From the NCBI GenBank assembly GCA_964618725.1, contig CAZUBK010000003.1:10236-74235 (forward strand): 64,000 nucleotides of DNA, in the 5' to 3' direction. The notes beneath the pieces are model-generated. The model was not told where the DNA came from. It searched no databases and saw nothing but the letters and a program-made list of their open reading frames with translations. Every line of letters starts with the position of its first letter. Position 1 is the first letter of the stretch. The translations under genes were made by a program, and so were the position numbers. Below are positions 48,788-57,808 of this stretch, piece by piece. This stretch comes from an uncultured Pseudomonadales bacterium (GTDB taxonomy: Bacteria > Patescibacteriota > Microgenomatia > UBA1400 > Chazhemtobacteraceae).

Positions 48788-49123
48788 CTATCTTACCACC
48801 ACTCCTACCTCAATCTCATCAGGAACAGGAATCAAAACTGGCTTGTCCTCAGTATCCGCCATTACCATCATGCCGACTGATTCCTCTGGTCCCATTTTCT
48901 TCGCTGCCAAGTTGACTACAAAAACATATTTCTTGCCCACAAGCTCCTCCGGCACATACCAGGCTCTAATTCCAGAAAACATAATTCTTGTACCAATTTC
49001 TTCACCCAAATCTACTTCATATCTGATTAACTTCTCGCTCCAGTCTGGTAGTGATGCATCAATGACCTTGCCCACTCGTAAATCTAGTTTAGAGAAATCC
49101 TCATAAGTAACTATATCTTTCAT
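48788..49123 (-). CDS. tRNA-binding domain protein (CsaA / Myf domain)
   Basis: FSKLDLRVGKVI ... VDLGEE ... VVNLAAKKM pattern of the EMAP/MetRS C-terminal tRNA-binding OB fold. Confidence 0.7.
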   Translation of the reverse strand: MKDIVTYEDFSKLDLRVGKVIDASLPDWSEKLIRYEVDLGEEIGTRIMFSGIRAWYVPEELVGKKYVFVVNLAAKKMGPEESVGMMVMADTEDKPVLIPVPDEIEVGVVVR

Positions 49124-49128
49124 ACTTC

Positions 49129-50127
49129 TTAATCGAACTTAATTTGCATCGCTTCTTTCATCTGGTCCACTATCCCCTGTGCAATTCCGCTCACTTTCTT
49201 ACTACCCGCCAATGCCTTATCCATCAACTCTCCCCTCATTCCTTCTGCCTCTTTTCTTTTTTCTCTAATCGGCGTCAAGAATTCATTCATTGCAAGATAC
49301 AGTTTTTCCTTTACTTCTACATCTCCCACCTTTCCCTCTCTATATCTATCCTTCAAGTCCTCCACTTCCGCCTTGTTCTTGTTGAACAGGTCATGGTAAA
49401 CAAAAGCCACATTTCCCTCTACCGTTCCCGGGTCAGTCGCGTGAACCCTCTTTGGATCGGTATATACCTTAAATACCTTTTCCCTAAGAACCTCTTCTGA
49501 GTCAGAGAGATAAATCGCGTTCCCCAATGACTTACCCATCTTTTCATTCCCATCAATCCCCGGAATATTTTTCTCCACTCCAAACAAGGCTTCTGGCTCA
49601 GCTAATACCTTCTCTCCATACGTCGCGTTGAACTTTCTGGCTAAATCCCTCGTCGACTCAATCATCGGTGCCTGATCCTTCCCCACTGGCACCAAATCCG
49701 CATTGACGGCCAAGATATCCCCGGCTTGATGAATCGGGTACATGAAAAATCCAAGGGGTGTACTCTTCTCAAACCCTTTCTGCATCATTTCTGTCTTAAT
49801 TGTCGGGTTATGAGAGATTTGCTGCACCGTAGCAAAGTTGGCCAAATACACAAATATCTCGTGAATCTGCGGGACTTCACTTTGAATGAATACCGTCGAC
49901 TTCTCAACATCTATCCCCACCGCATAGTAATCACACAAAAGCTCACTAATACTCTCCTTCACCTTCCCCGGGTTATCAAAGTTATCCGTCAAAGCCTGCA
50001 CATTGGCGATGATAATAAACTGCTCGTATTCATCCTGAAGCTTGACCCGGTTTTCCAAAGAACCAAAGTAATGGCCAATGTGTAGCTTCCCAGTCGGCCT
50101 ATCTCCAGTCAGTATTCTCTTCATCAT
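49129..50127 (-). CDS. trpS: Tryptophanyl-tRNA synthetase
   Basis: TGDRPTGKLHIGHY (HIGH motif). KMGKS (KMSKS motif). 332 aa. Confidence 0.85.
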   Translation of the reverse strand: MMKRILTGDRPTGKLHIGHYFGSLENRVKLQDEYEQFIIIANVQALTDNFDNPGKVKESISELLCDYYAVGIDVEKSTVFIQSEVPQIHEIFVYLANFATVQQISHNPTIKTEMMQKGFEKSTPLGFFMYPIHQAGDILAVNADLVPVGKDQAPMIESTRDLARKFNATYGEKVLAEPEALFGVEKNIPGIDGNEKMGKSLGNAIYLSDSEEVLREKVFKVYTDPKRVHATDPGTVEGNVAFVYHDLFNKNKAEVEDLKDRYREGKVGDVEVKEKLYLAMNEFLTPIREKRKEAEGMRGELMDKALAGSKKVSGIAQGIVDQMKEAMQIKFD

Positions 50128-50159
50128 GAGGCCATTCTACTCCAAAATTCTAAGAAAGT

Positions 50160-50230
50160 AGCAGGGGAGAGAATTGAACTCTCGACTTAGCGATTATGAG
50201 CCGCTCACTCTACCACTGAGTTACCCTGCC
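50160..50230 (-). tRNA. tRNA with anticodon CAT (Met elongator or Ile2/lysidine type); CCA not encoded
   Basis: Hand-folded cloverleaf: acceptor GGCAGGG. D-arm ACTC/AGTGGTA/GAGT. Anticodon stem AGCGG/TCGCT with loop CTCATAA. T-arm GAGAG/TTCAATT/CTCTC. Py11:Pu24 gives an elongator-like D stem. Confidence 0.7.
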
Positions 50231-50262
50231 AACAACTACATTTTACCATGCCAGCCTCGTAT

Positions 50263-50532
50263 CTAAACCAGTTCCACCCTTAACTCCGCTTCTAATACTT
50301 TTGCCACCTTCCTAAGAAACGATAGCGAGGGTAAAGCACCCATACCTTCTAATCTAGAAATCGCCGACTGACGAGTCCCAAGACGCTTTGCTAATTGTGC
50401 CTGAGTCAGTTTTTTATCAAGTCTTTTTTGAATCACAGCTCTTGCCACCTGATATTCAAGCTCAAACTCTTTTAGTGCCTTTCTGAATTCAGGATTCTCT
50501 AATAGTTTTTTTTTGTGTGTTTCCCAGTTCAT
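50263..50532 (-). CDS. XRE-family HTH antitoxin (HigA-like)
   Basis: LTQAQLAKRLGTRQSAISRLE helix-turn-helix. Immediately downstream of a RelE/HigB-like gene. Confidence 0.6.
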   Translation of the reverse strand: MNWETHKKKLLENPEFRKALKEFELEYQVARAVIQKRLDKKLTQAQLAKRLGTRQSAISRLEGMGALPSLSFLRKVAKVLEAELRVELV

Positions 50533-50568
50533 GAAACCAATATTATCACAAAAAGGTGATAATACAAG

Positions 50569-50928
50569 TTAAACATAAGTCTCGTCTAACCTCACCAAAG
50601 CCATCTTGATCTCCCTTTTATCTATTCTTTGTTTCTTCTTCTTAAACCCATGAAGAATGATTATCGATCTTCCCTTGAAGATATATAGAAATCTCAAACT
50701 ATCATTTCCCAAAAGTCTTAGTTCCCACAAAGGTGTACCAACTATCCTCTTAGCATGAGGTAAACCTGTACGATATCCATATTCTTCTAGTAAGGCAAAG
50801 GCTGCAGCCATTTTCCCCTGCGCGGCTACATTCAGTCTTTCGATGAATTCGTAGACTGGACTATTACCCCGCCTATTTTTGTAATATGCTATCTGCCACT
50901 TTACTTCATTAACCATGTTTATTTTCAC
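50569..50928 (-). CDS. RelE/ParE-superfamily toxin (HigB / Gp49-like)
   Basis: LWELR ... RFLYIF.G..IIILHGFKKK pattern of HigB/Gp49 toxins. The toxin lies upstream of the HTH antitoxin, as in higBA. Confidence 0.55.
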   Translation of the reverse strand: MKINMVNEVKWQIAYYKNRRGNSPVYEFIERLNVAAQGKMAAAFALLEEYGYRTGLPHAKRIVGTPLWELRLLGNDSLRFLYIFKGRSIIILHGFKKKKQRIDKREIKMALVRLDETYV

Positions 50929-51102
50929 TCAAGTTCTGGACCGAAGTCTCATCAAATCCTTTTTCTCTTTCCAAACCAAGTCCCAAAGCTCAAGTCTTTT
51001 TCTAATTACAATCCTACTTCCATTACCCCAAATTTACCCGAATTTGTCAAGTCGAGGGTTAGAAACCCGAAGATTCTGAGCGCAGCGAAGAACCATATCT
51101 AT

Positions 51103-51131
51103 TTGCTGTATCTATCCTTTCATGGTAGAAT
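51103..51131 (+). promoter_or_regulatory. Sigma70-type promoter for the tRNA gene (TTTGCTG -17- TGgTAGAAT)
   Basis: -35-like TTGCTG at 51104..51109 and extended -10 TGgTAGAAT ending at 51131. The predicted TSS is ~10 nt before the tRNA 5' end. Confidence 0.45.
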
Positions 51132-51142
51132 AGTCCTTAACG

Positions 51143-51214
51143 TGCGGGCGGTAGGTCGGTATTCTAAGAAGGCTCATAATCTTCTCTAACCAGGTTCGAC
51201 TCCTGGGCTCGCAA
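51143..51214 (+). tRNA. tRNA with anticodon CAT (second CAU tRNA; Met/fMet/Ile2 undetermined)
   Basis: Hand-folded: acceptor TGCGGGC/GCTCGCA (one G-U). D-arm TAGG/TCGGTAT/TCTA (A11:U24). Anticodon stem GAAGG/TCTTC with loop CTCATAA. T-arm CCAGG/TTCGACT/CCTGG. No CCA. Confidence 0.6.
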
Positions 51215-51280
51215 CCCGAAGTTCTCGTAGAGAACGTAGGTCCTGAGCTCAAAAAAGCGAGGGACGATCACAATTCTATT

Positions 51281-51667
51281 TCATCTAAACAATTTCCACC
51301 ACTTCTCCCAATTAAACACCTCCCTTTCCTCTGTCACTTCTTTATTCTCCTTTTGAGATTCTACGTCCTGTACCATTACAACCGTCTCTCCAGGTCGTTG
51401 TAGATTTAGTTTCTCTCGTGCCTGCATCTCGATGAACTCCCCACTCTCCACTTCCCCCAGCTTATTTCTTAATTCTTCATTCTTCTTTCTCTCCCCCGCT
51501 AATTCGTTCCTTGCCTCCTCTATTCTTCCCCCTGCCTTATATAACTGCCACAGTCCATTACTAAGTACCCAAATCATATAAACAAATAGAAATAGTAGAA
51601 GGGTTCTCCCCAAGTTTGCTCTCATACGTCTTGACTTAAAATGGTTCCTGATATAGTCTACAACCAA
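51281..51667 (-). CDS. Septum formation initiator family protein (FtsB/DivIC-like)
   Basis: N-terminal TM helix followed by a coiled-coil (EEARNELAGERKKNEELRNKL...). 128 aa. Confidence 0.55.
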   Translation of the reverse strand: MVVDYIRNHFKSRRMRANLGRTLLLFLFVYMIWVLSNGLWQLYKAGGRIEEARNELAGERKKNEELRNKLGEVESGEFIEMQAREKLNLQRPGETVVMVQDVESQKENKEVTEEREVFNWEKWWKLFR

Positions 51668-51756
51668 ATGCTTGACACATCGTCGCCAACCGTGTTAAAC
51701 TATAAACCTATAAAAACAAGAAAGAAGTTAATTATTAATTTTCCTAAGATCAACCC

Positions 51757-52629
51757 ATGACTCAAACCAGCCCCCTCTACCAATCCCTTACTCAATTTGA
51801 AAAGAGTCTCAAGGATTCCGGCCGAGCTACTGCCACCATTCTAGCCTATACCAAAGACATTGAGCAGCTCTTAGATTTCGTCTCCGCTTCCGGCAAAACC
51901 ACTCCTCAGCAAATCACCGCTGATGACATTAATGCTTTCAAGATAAAGCTTTCTAATGAAAACTACACCGCCAAATCTATCTCTCGTAAGATAAACTCTA
52001 TTAAGTCTTTCTTCCGATTTCTTCAAAGCAATAAAGAAATAGAGAGTAACCCCGCCCTTCAGATTACCCACCCCAAGTATGAACTCAAACCGCCTCGTAT
52101 TCTTACCAAAGTTGAATACCGCGCTCTTCGCGACTCTTGCCGCGACGATGCTCGTATTAGTGCAATCGTTGAGCTCCTTCTTCAAACCGGTATCCGCATT
52201 GGTGAATTAGCCAATCTTTCCCTTGAAGATCTAGACCTGGATAATAGTAAGATCTTCATCAAAGCTTACGAGTCTCATCCTTCCCGCCACGTTCCCGTTA
52301 ATAAGGCTGCTAAAGACGCCCTCGTTCGTTACCTCGGTGATCGACCTAAAACTGAACAAAAGTTTGTTTTTATCACCAAAACCGGAAACCAGTTCTTAGT
52401 TAGAAACATTAGAAGTAGCATTGACCGCTATTTCCGCATCGCTGGAATTGAAAACGCCAAGGTCAACGACCTTCGCCATACTTTCATTGCCCACCAGCTC
52501 ATGTCTGGAACCCCCCTCGTCTATGTTAGTAAACTCGTTGGTCATAAGCGCCTCTCTACCACCGAGAAGTATCTTGATGTCATCAAAGAAAAGACTGACA
52601 AAGAGAAACCTAAACTAGAAGAGCTCTAA
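51757..52629 (+). CDS. Tyrosine site-specific recombinase, XerC/XerD-like
   Basis: N-terminal SAM-like core-binding domain. C-terminal R...HxxR...Y catalytic set (LRHTFIAHQL...VGHKRLSTTEKYL). Confidence 0.75.
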   Translation: MTQTSPLYQSLTQFEKSLKDSGRATATILAYTKDIEQLLDFVSASGKTTPQQITADDINAFKIKLSNENYTAKSISRKINSIKSFFRFLQSNKEIESNPALQITHPKYELKPPRILTKVEYRALRDSCRDDARISAIVELLLQTGIRIGELANLSLEDLDLDNSKIFIKAYESHPSRHVPVNKAAKDALVRYLGDRPKTEQKFVFITKTGNQFLVRNIRSSIDRYFRIAGIENAKVNDLRHTFIAHQLMSGTPLVYVSKLVGHKRLSTTEKYLDVIKEKTDKEKPKLEEL

Positions 52630-52643
52630 GTTTAATGAAAGAG

Positions 52644-53072
52644 CTACGTAGTGGGTTTTTTATTGGCTCTCTTTATTAGCCTTTTCAGTTCCTTTACTGT
52701 CGCTTTTGCTATAAATCTAAGTACTTCTCCCACTTTTTCTACATCTCCTATCATCAAAGATAGCCAGCCACTACTCGACTTCCTTCTGTCTTCTACAATC
52801 AATAAGGCATTCTTTACGTGTGACAATTCCATTTCCATTCCGCTCACCTCGTCTATGACTATTATCGTCACTGGATTCCCCCCAAGTCCTAACTCTCCTG
52901 AAATAGTCATCCCGTCCTCCTCCATCGCCGACAACTGCAATTCAGTCTCGAACTCGTTCAACTCCTCATCTTCCCAATCCGGATACAACTCCGTAATTAA
53001 GGGTGACTTACCTGCCACCTGAAGTATTCGATCTTTTTTCTCTTTTCCTACTTTCTTCGACATCTGATGCAC
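52644..53072 (-). CDS. Hypothetical protein (142 aa)
   Basis: ORF only. Confidence 0.35.
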   Translation of the reverse strand: MHQMSKKVGKEKKDRILQVAGKSPLITELYPDWEDEELNEFETELQLSAMEEDGMTISGELGLGGNPVTIIVIDEVSGMEMELSHVKNALLIVEDRRKSSSGWLSLMIGDVEKVGEVLRFIAKATVKELKRLIKRANKKPTT

Positions 53073-53107
53073 AAGAATAGTCCTTCTATCAATCTAAGTC
53101 AATGCTG

Positions 53108-53179
53108 TGGGCGACTCAGGGCTCGAACCTGAAACCAATTGTGTATAAGACAATCGCTCTACCATTGAGCTAGTCGCCC
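53108..53179 (-). tRNA. tRNA-Ile with anticodon TAT (UAU), predicted AUA decoder
   Basis: Hand-folded: acceptor GGGCGAC/GTCGCCC. D-arm GCTC/AATGGTA/GAGC. Anticodon stem ATTGT/ACAAT with loop CTTATAC (U33, A37, anticodon UAU). T-arm TCAGG/TTCGAGC/CCTGA. Discriminator A. Confidence 0.65.
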
Positions 53180-53206
53180 GTGTCCCCCCCTATTTTACTA
53201 CGAAAA

Positions 53207-53917
53207 TTACTCCTTAGCCTCCACCAACTCCACATATATCCCTCGGTGATCCGACAGATCCCATTCCTCATCCAACAACTCGTCCACAAAACACCTCACC
53301 TTAATCTCTACCTCATCATGGGTTGTCATTACATAGTCCAATTTCTCGCCCTTCTTAAGGAACGACGCTCCCATACCTTTTGTCAGATCAGTTATCTTCT
53401 TCGTCAGTTTCTCATACAACACCGACCCTTCCTTCACGTTAAGGTCTCCTGCCACAATTACCCGCTCTTTCTCTCTTATTAAGCCTATCAAGTCGTCAAT
53501 CTGTCTGATTTGATGACTGTCGAGTTTTTTCTTGTCCCTATATGCCCTAACTAGGTGAGCATTCACCACCGTTATCCCCAATTTGTCTAGCTCAACCGCC
53601 CACATACCTTTTCCTAAAAGTCGGTCCGCCATCTGCTTAGACAAAAACTTACCCTGCTTCTTAAATCTTAAAAACTTCCCTCCGACAGACTTGTCCTTGG
53701 TCATGACGATAAGCCCACCTTTGATCCACACCCAACCCCTCTGGAAAAACAATTTATACCCCAAGTTCTCAAAATGCTTGATATCTTTGGCAAAAATAAC
53801 TTCCTGTAAAAAAACCACATCAGCATCCAAACGACTAATCACTTCAGCAATTCTCGGAAAACGCTTCTCTCTCCCAGTAAATGGTAAACCATGGCAGTTG
53901 AGACTAATTAGCTTCAT
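53207..53917 (-). CDS. Endonuclease/exonuclease/phosphatase (EEP) family protein
   Basis: MKLISLNCHGLPF ... VVFLQEV N-terminal EEP motifs. Conserved His/Asp near the C-terminus. Confidence 0.7.
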   Translation of the reverse strand: MKLISLNCHGLPFTGREKRFPRIAEVISRLDADVVFLQEVIFAKDIKHFENLGYKLFFQRGWVWIKGGLIVMTKDKSVGGKFLRFKKQGKFLSKQMADRLLGKGMWAVELDKLGITVVNAHLVRAYRDKKKLDSHQIRQIDDLIGLIREKERVIVAGDLNVKEGSVLYEKLTKKITDLTKGMGASFLKKGEKLDYVMTTHDEVEIKVRCFVDELLDEEWDLSDHRGIYVELVEAKE

Positions 53918-53926
53918 AATTTGTTG

Positions 53927-56278
53927 TTACATTTCGCCCCTTGCCTCTATCTCTGCCTCTACTTCTTCCCTATCTCGTCCATACTTAAGCCTTGATAGTT
54001 CTTTAATCATTCTTCTTACTTCATCACTTCCTGACGCATTTTCTTTTTTAAGATCTCTCCAAGTACTCATCGAAAACGGCGGAACCGGCGTCCCGGCCAC
54101 AATCGTCTTAGCATAAGCCGTTTGGGCCGGAATATTGGTCAAGTCAGCCTCATTAAACACCGGGCCAAATTCCGGTGCCATAATATTTGCATCTTGCACT
54201 CCCATGCGATACACCACCATCGTACCGACGTTGCCAAATATCGCGTTCCTGACTTCTTCATCAATTTGACTTACAAACTGGTTCGCCACAACTAGTCCTA
54301 ATCCGTACTTACGAGCCTCAGATAATATCTGGGCAAAGTCCGGCGTGGCAAAGTTTTGAAACTCATCAACATAGAAGAAGAATGGGTGTCTTTCTGACTT
54401 GGACATATCTTGTCGTGAAAGTGCTGCTGACAGTATCTTTGGCACAATCACGTTACCCAAAAAGTTGCTGTCCTCTTCACCAACCAATCCTTTGGCTAGT
54501 TTAAGTAACACAATTTTCTTCTCATCCATCAATTTTCTAAAGTTAAGTACTGACTTGCTCTGACCAATAATATTCCTTATCAACTTATTTGTGATGAATT
54601 TCCCAAACTTAGACGCGATATAGTCAAGTGTTTCCGATTTGTGAAAGTCCGATGTCTGAGCAATCTGTTCCGTCCAATATCGCTTCACAATCGGATCTTT
54701 GATTTTGGGTAGCAGGTCCTGTACCATTTTGCTATTTTGCAGGATCCGAGACACTTCAATGAAGGTTGCCCCCGGAATCACTGCCGCCGTCAACATCGCA
54801 TTTCGAATCGAGTGCTCAAAGCGAGGCCCGATGATTCCCGTTTTATGAGGATCATATAGTTTATACATCAGGTTAATGATCGACGAAGCCACCATATGCA
54901 TCTCGTCTTCATGTCTTACCTCAAGTAGGTTGAAACCCATCGGCCTCTCCTGATCCGCCGGATCAAACAACACCACATCCTCCGCTCTCTCTGGTGGAAT
55001 TAACCTGAGCAGTTCTTCAATACCGTCTCCGTGTGGCTCCATGAAACAAACTCCATGCCCCGCCCGGATATCCTGCAAAAGCATCGATTTAAGAGTCTCT
55101 GTCTTTCCGGTTCCCGTTCGACCTAGGATGTACATATGCTTCATCCTGTCCTCAGAACCAATGTAAATCGGTCTCTCCTGCCCCCGGTAGATACTCTTCC
55201 CCAAATACAATCCCGATGTTGGTAGTCCCCCCGTTGCCGGAGCAAACTTAGCCACCAACCAATGAATGTGAGGCGTGTCTACCGTCTTATTAGGCAAATG
55301 CCATACCGCCGCCAACTCATCGGCCGACAAAATCGAGTTATAACCAAACATCGACTGGTATCGATAAATGAAGTCAACCATGAAGCCCTTCTTCCATCGA
55401 ATCGTTCTCCCCGATAAATTGTTCAAACTCGAGTTGAACTGGGCAAAAGCACTCTTAAGGTTACTCAAGTTTCCTTTAGCTTGGCCCTCCGTCGGCGCTA
55501 CTGACAAAAGCCTAATCGCCGTCAAGAAGCCTGGCTTTCCCGTTTTGCTGTCAATCGCTGCCATATCCTCGGGAGACATCTTAAACTTTGCTTTTTCCGG
55601 ATTTGCTTCATCTTTCTTGGTTGTAGATAGAAATACTGATCCTGCCTTACTCCATGCTGACTCTGCCGGTGTCACGATCATTTGTATTATCATCGCCTCA
55701 CCCTCGCCCAATTTGGCCAATGACGCCGTAATCGAGCTCAAAGGGTCCACTGGCATATCCTTATATGGCTTCAATGGATAGAAATTCTTCTTTTTCAAAG
55801 CCAGTTCCGCAAAAGCGACCTTACCGTCCTTGCTAAAAACATTTGGCTCCTCCACTATTTTCACCTCGGCTCCTGAATATGCACCAGCCAAGAGCTTCTC
55901 CACCAACTCCGCATTGTTCCGATGGCAACTGACATAGAACCTGATATCTTCTTTCTTCGCCACAATCTCCAAACTAATATGCTGTTGCGCTCTAAATCTC
56001 TGCCAAAACCCCCCTTTCTTAATTGAATAAAGCGAGTTAAACACCTGCTCCATCGAATCAATCTTCACCTCATTATCTCGTGGAACTGCAATCTGCATTG
56101 TCACAAAGTTAAGCGAGACTTCTTCCCTGTTCCTAAACTTTATCCATTGCAGGAAAACAAATCCCAGTCCCACCATGATTAATATCAACACAGCCAAGAT
56201 TCCCACCGCCAACAATACCAACTCCACCATCTGGTTCAAATTACTTAATGTGGTGCCAACCAATTCTGTTCCCTGCAT
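53927..56278 (-). CDS. Membrane-anchored P-loop ATPase of the VirD4/TraG/TrwB type IV coupling-protein family (long N-terminal domain)
   Basis: N-terminal TM hairpin. Walker A GRTGTGKT. C-terminal VDEF...ARKYGLGLVVANQFVSQI...NVGTMVVYR closely resembles the TrwB/TraG-D C-terminal signature (DEL...GRKRGIRLVLAVQSIAQL...THVVFR). Confidence 0.6.
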   Translation of the reverse strand: MQGTELVGTTLSNLNQMVELVLLAVGILAVLILIMVGLGFVFLQWIKFRNREEVSLNFVTMQIAVPRDNEVKIDSMEQVFNSLYSIKKGGFWQRFRAQQHISLEIVAKKEDIRFYVSCHRNNAELVEKLLAGAYSGAEVKIVEEPNVFSKDGKVAFAELALKKKNFYPLKPYKDMPVDPLSSITASLAKLGEGEAMIIQMIVTPAESAWSKAGSVFLSTTKKDEANPEKAKFKMSPEDMAAIDSKTGKPGFLTAIRLLSVAPTEGQAKGNLSNLKSAFAQFNSSLNNLSGRTIRWKKGFMVDFIYRYQSMFGYNSILSADELAAVWHLPNKTVDTPHIHWLVAKFAPATGGLPTSGLYLGKSIYRGQERPIYIGSEDRMKHMYILGRTGTGKTETLKSMLLQDIRAGHGVCFMEPHGDGIEELLRLIPPERAEDVVLFDPADQERPMGFNLLEVRHEDEMHMVASSIINLMYKLYDPHKTGIIGPRFEHSIRNAMLTAAVIPGATFIEVSRILQNSKMVQDLLPKIKDPIVKRYWTEQIAQTSDFHKSETLDYIASKFGKFITNKLIRNIIGQSKSVLNFRKLMDEKKIVLLKLAKGLVGEEDSNFLGNVIVPKILSAALSRQDMSKSERHPFFFYVDEFQNFATPDFAQILSEARKYGLGLVVANQFVSQIDEEVRNAIFGNVGTMVVYRMGVQDANIMAPEFGPVFNEADLTNIPAQTAYAKTIVAGTPVPPFSMSTWRDLKKENASGSDEVRRMIKELSRLKYGRDREEVEAEIEARGEM

Positions 56279-56637
56279 CAGCCTTGTTCACTCTTGTAGA
56301 ATACCCTCCCTGGGTATTTCTTGATTAAATAAACGCAGAATGTCGCTGCCCACAGAATTGCATCAGCAATTTTATGGTGCAATCCTTCACTTATTTCTCT
56401 CTCTGTTAATGGCAACTCAATCGGCGGTTCTGATATTGCCTCCTCTAACACTACCTGTCCCTTGTCATCCTTAACTGGCGTCGTCAGTGTCGGCGGCTGA
56501 ACCTGCTGAACCACTTGGCTGACGTCAGAAGCCATCTCCGCATGCTTCTCCACCTTCTCTATATACCCATCTACTTCTGCCGTCGCTATCTCTTCTGGTG
56601 TCAACTGCCGCTCTTGTTCCTTCCCCAATATGGTCAT
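56278..56637 (-). CDS. Small protein with C-terminal TM anchor, translationally coupled to the ATPase
   Basis: Its stop overlaps the ATPase start (ATGA). Single C-terminal hydrophobic helix. Confidence 0.4.
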   Translation of the reverse strand: MTILGKEQERQLTPEEIATAEVDGYIEKVEKHAEMASDVSQVVQQVQPPTLTTPVKDDKGQVVLEEAISEPPIELPLTEREISEGLHHKIADAILWAATFCVYLIKKYPGRVFYKSEQG

Positions 56638-56671
56638 GACTCAATAATATCACCCTCAAAGATACAAAGTT

Positions 56672-56691
56672 GGGGAAGCTTTCGCTTCCCC
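56672..56691 (-). repeat. Hairpin GGGGAAGC-GAAA-GCTTCCCC (copy 1), 3' of small 2-TM gene
   Basis: Exact 20-nt inverted repeat. An identical copy sits at 57809..57828, and the flanks ACAA..TTGGGG / CCCC.AT are also shared. Confidence 0.55.
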
Positions 56692-56701
56692 TATCGACAT
56701 C

Positions 56702-56884
56702 CTATACTCCCAGTAAGCTTGAAAATACCATCAAGTCAAGAATCCACAAACCCATTGAGACACTCATCACCCCCAGACCGAACATAAATTTTAGACCAAG
56801 TGTCTTACTTCGCCACATTAAATTAATGGCCCACATAGTCAACACGGTTGCCAAAAAGGTCAACAGCATCATAAACAAACCCAT
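56702..56884 (-). CDS. Small 2-TM membrane protein (60 aa), paralog of 57842..58057
   Basis: Aligns with the 71-aa ORF (W..RLM.R..S.G.KF.FG...MSV...LW..DLM). Followed by a GGGGAAGC-GAAA-GCTTCCCC hairpin. Confidence 0.45.
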   Translation of the reverse strand: MGLFMMLLTFLATVLTMWAINLMWRSKTLGLKFMFGLGVMSVSMGLWILDLMVFSSLLGV

Positions 56885-56941
56885 GGCTCACCTTCATCCT
56901 TTGTCTAAGGTACGATTCACAGATTTAACCACATAAAACCG

Positions 56942-57763
56942 TCAAAAATCAAGCTGTTTACTAGATAAAAAATTCCTTCCTGAAACAACTGATCGACCTA
57001 GTTTTTCTTCAAGTTTTTTTCTTGCTCCACCAGCAATATCTCCACCTATTTCAGCATCTTTTTTAAGCTTTAGTAATCCCTGTGAGTTCTCGGTCTTGTG
57101 GATCTCCGTTGTTGCCCGTTCCCCAAGCATCGTGAAGATAAGCTCAAAGTCATCCATATGATCACGCAGATTCTCTCGCTTAAGACCCTTGAGATCCTTG
57201 TATTCACTAGGCGTAATCCCAAAAGTCGCTTTAGAAATCTCCGCCGTTAGAATTTCATAATCACTTTGCTGTTCTGCTCCCCGCTTTTTCCATTCATCTG
57301 TTAATTCTTCACGGATTATAATCCCCCTCATCCTTTTCTCAATCCAATCCTCAGAATACCCTTTTGCCTTGTATAACGCTCTAGTTCGTTTAGCTGCCAA
57401 CTCAGGATCTTCTATTTCTTGAACTCTTTCATAACCAACTTTAGCTAACCAGCGTTTAAACGGTTCAGCTTTAGGAGAGGGAATTGACTGAATAATTCTG
57501 AACATCGTTTCGGTATTCGCACAATCAGTCTCACGAATCTTTCCATCAAGAGCATCTAATTTCAACCGTCCGATTTTTTCGGACACTTCAGAATAACCTT
57601 CTTTAGCAAGCTTTGTCTTAAGATCGTTCCAGTATTTCCTCGGCCGATCTGTTCCAGTTAGACTTTCTACTATATCCACAATCGAAAACCACCATTCATT
57701 GGCGTAGATTATCTTCCGTATTTTCTTTCCCTTAAAAATCGCAATCTTTGTGTTTGTCTCCAT
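56942..57763 (-). CDS. DinD-like / Bro-N domain protein (DNA-damage-inducible protein D family)
   Basis: N-terminal Bro-N-like region (KIRKIIYANEWWFSIVDIVESL). The C-terminal KGLKRENLRDHMDDFEL...IHKTENSQG segment resembles E. coli DinD (KGLKKNQKILDHMGSTEL...KLKRDGV). Confidence 0.55.
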   Translation of the reverse strand: METNTKIAIFKGKKIRKIIYANEWWFSIVDIVESLTGTDRPRKYWNDLKTKLAKEGYSEVSEKIGRLKLDALDGKIRETDCANTETMFRIIQSIPSPKAEPFKRWLAKVGYERVQEIEDPELAAKRTRALYKAKGYSEDWIEKRMRGIIIREELTDEWKKRGAEQQSDYEILTAEISKATFGITPSEYKDLKGLKRENLRDHMDDFELIFTMLGERATTEIHKTENSQGLLKLKKDAEIGGDIAGGARKKLEEKLGRSVVSGRNFLSSKQLDF

Positions 57764-57808
57764 AATATATTTGTATCAACTTCGGGTATCAATAGCAAGA
57801 ACACAACT

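Noticed and set aside
51143-51214. Initiator tRNA-fMet assignment for the second CAU tRNA
   Set aside because: It has A11:U24, an initiator trait, but lacks the three G-C pairs in the anticodon stem and the C1xA72 mismatch. Its identity is left open.
51121-51260. tmRNA/other structured RNA suspected from a tRNA-like T-arm (CCAGGTTCGACTCCTGG) in a 350-bp intergenic region
   Set aside because: A full cloverleaf with a CAT anticodon folds from 51143 to 51214, so an ordinary tRNA explains it. No tag-peptide ORF or pseudoknot series characteristic of tmRNA could be identified.
51757-52629. Phage-type integrase call for the tyrosine recombinase
   Set aside because: The 290-aa size and the XerC/D-like N-terminal domain fit a chromosomal dimer-resolution recombinase at least as well. 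It is kept as XerD-like, with mobile-element involvement flagged only as a possibility.
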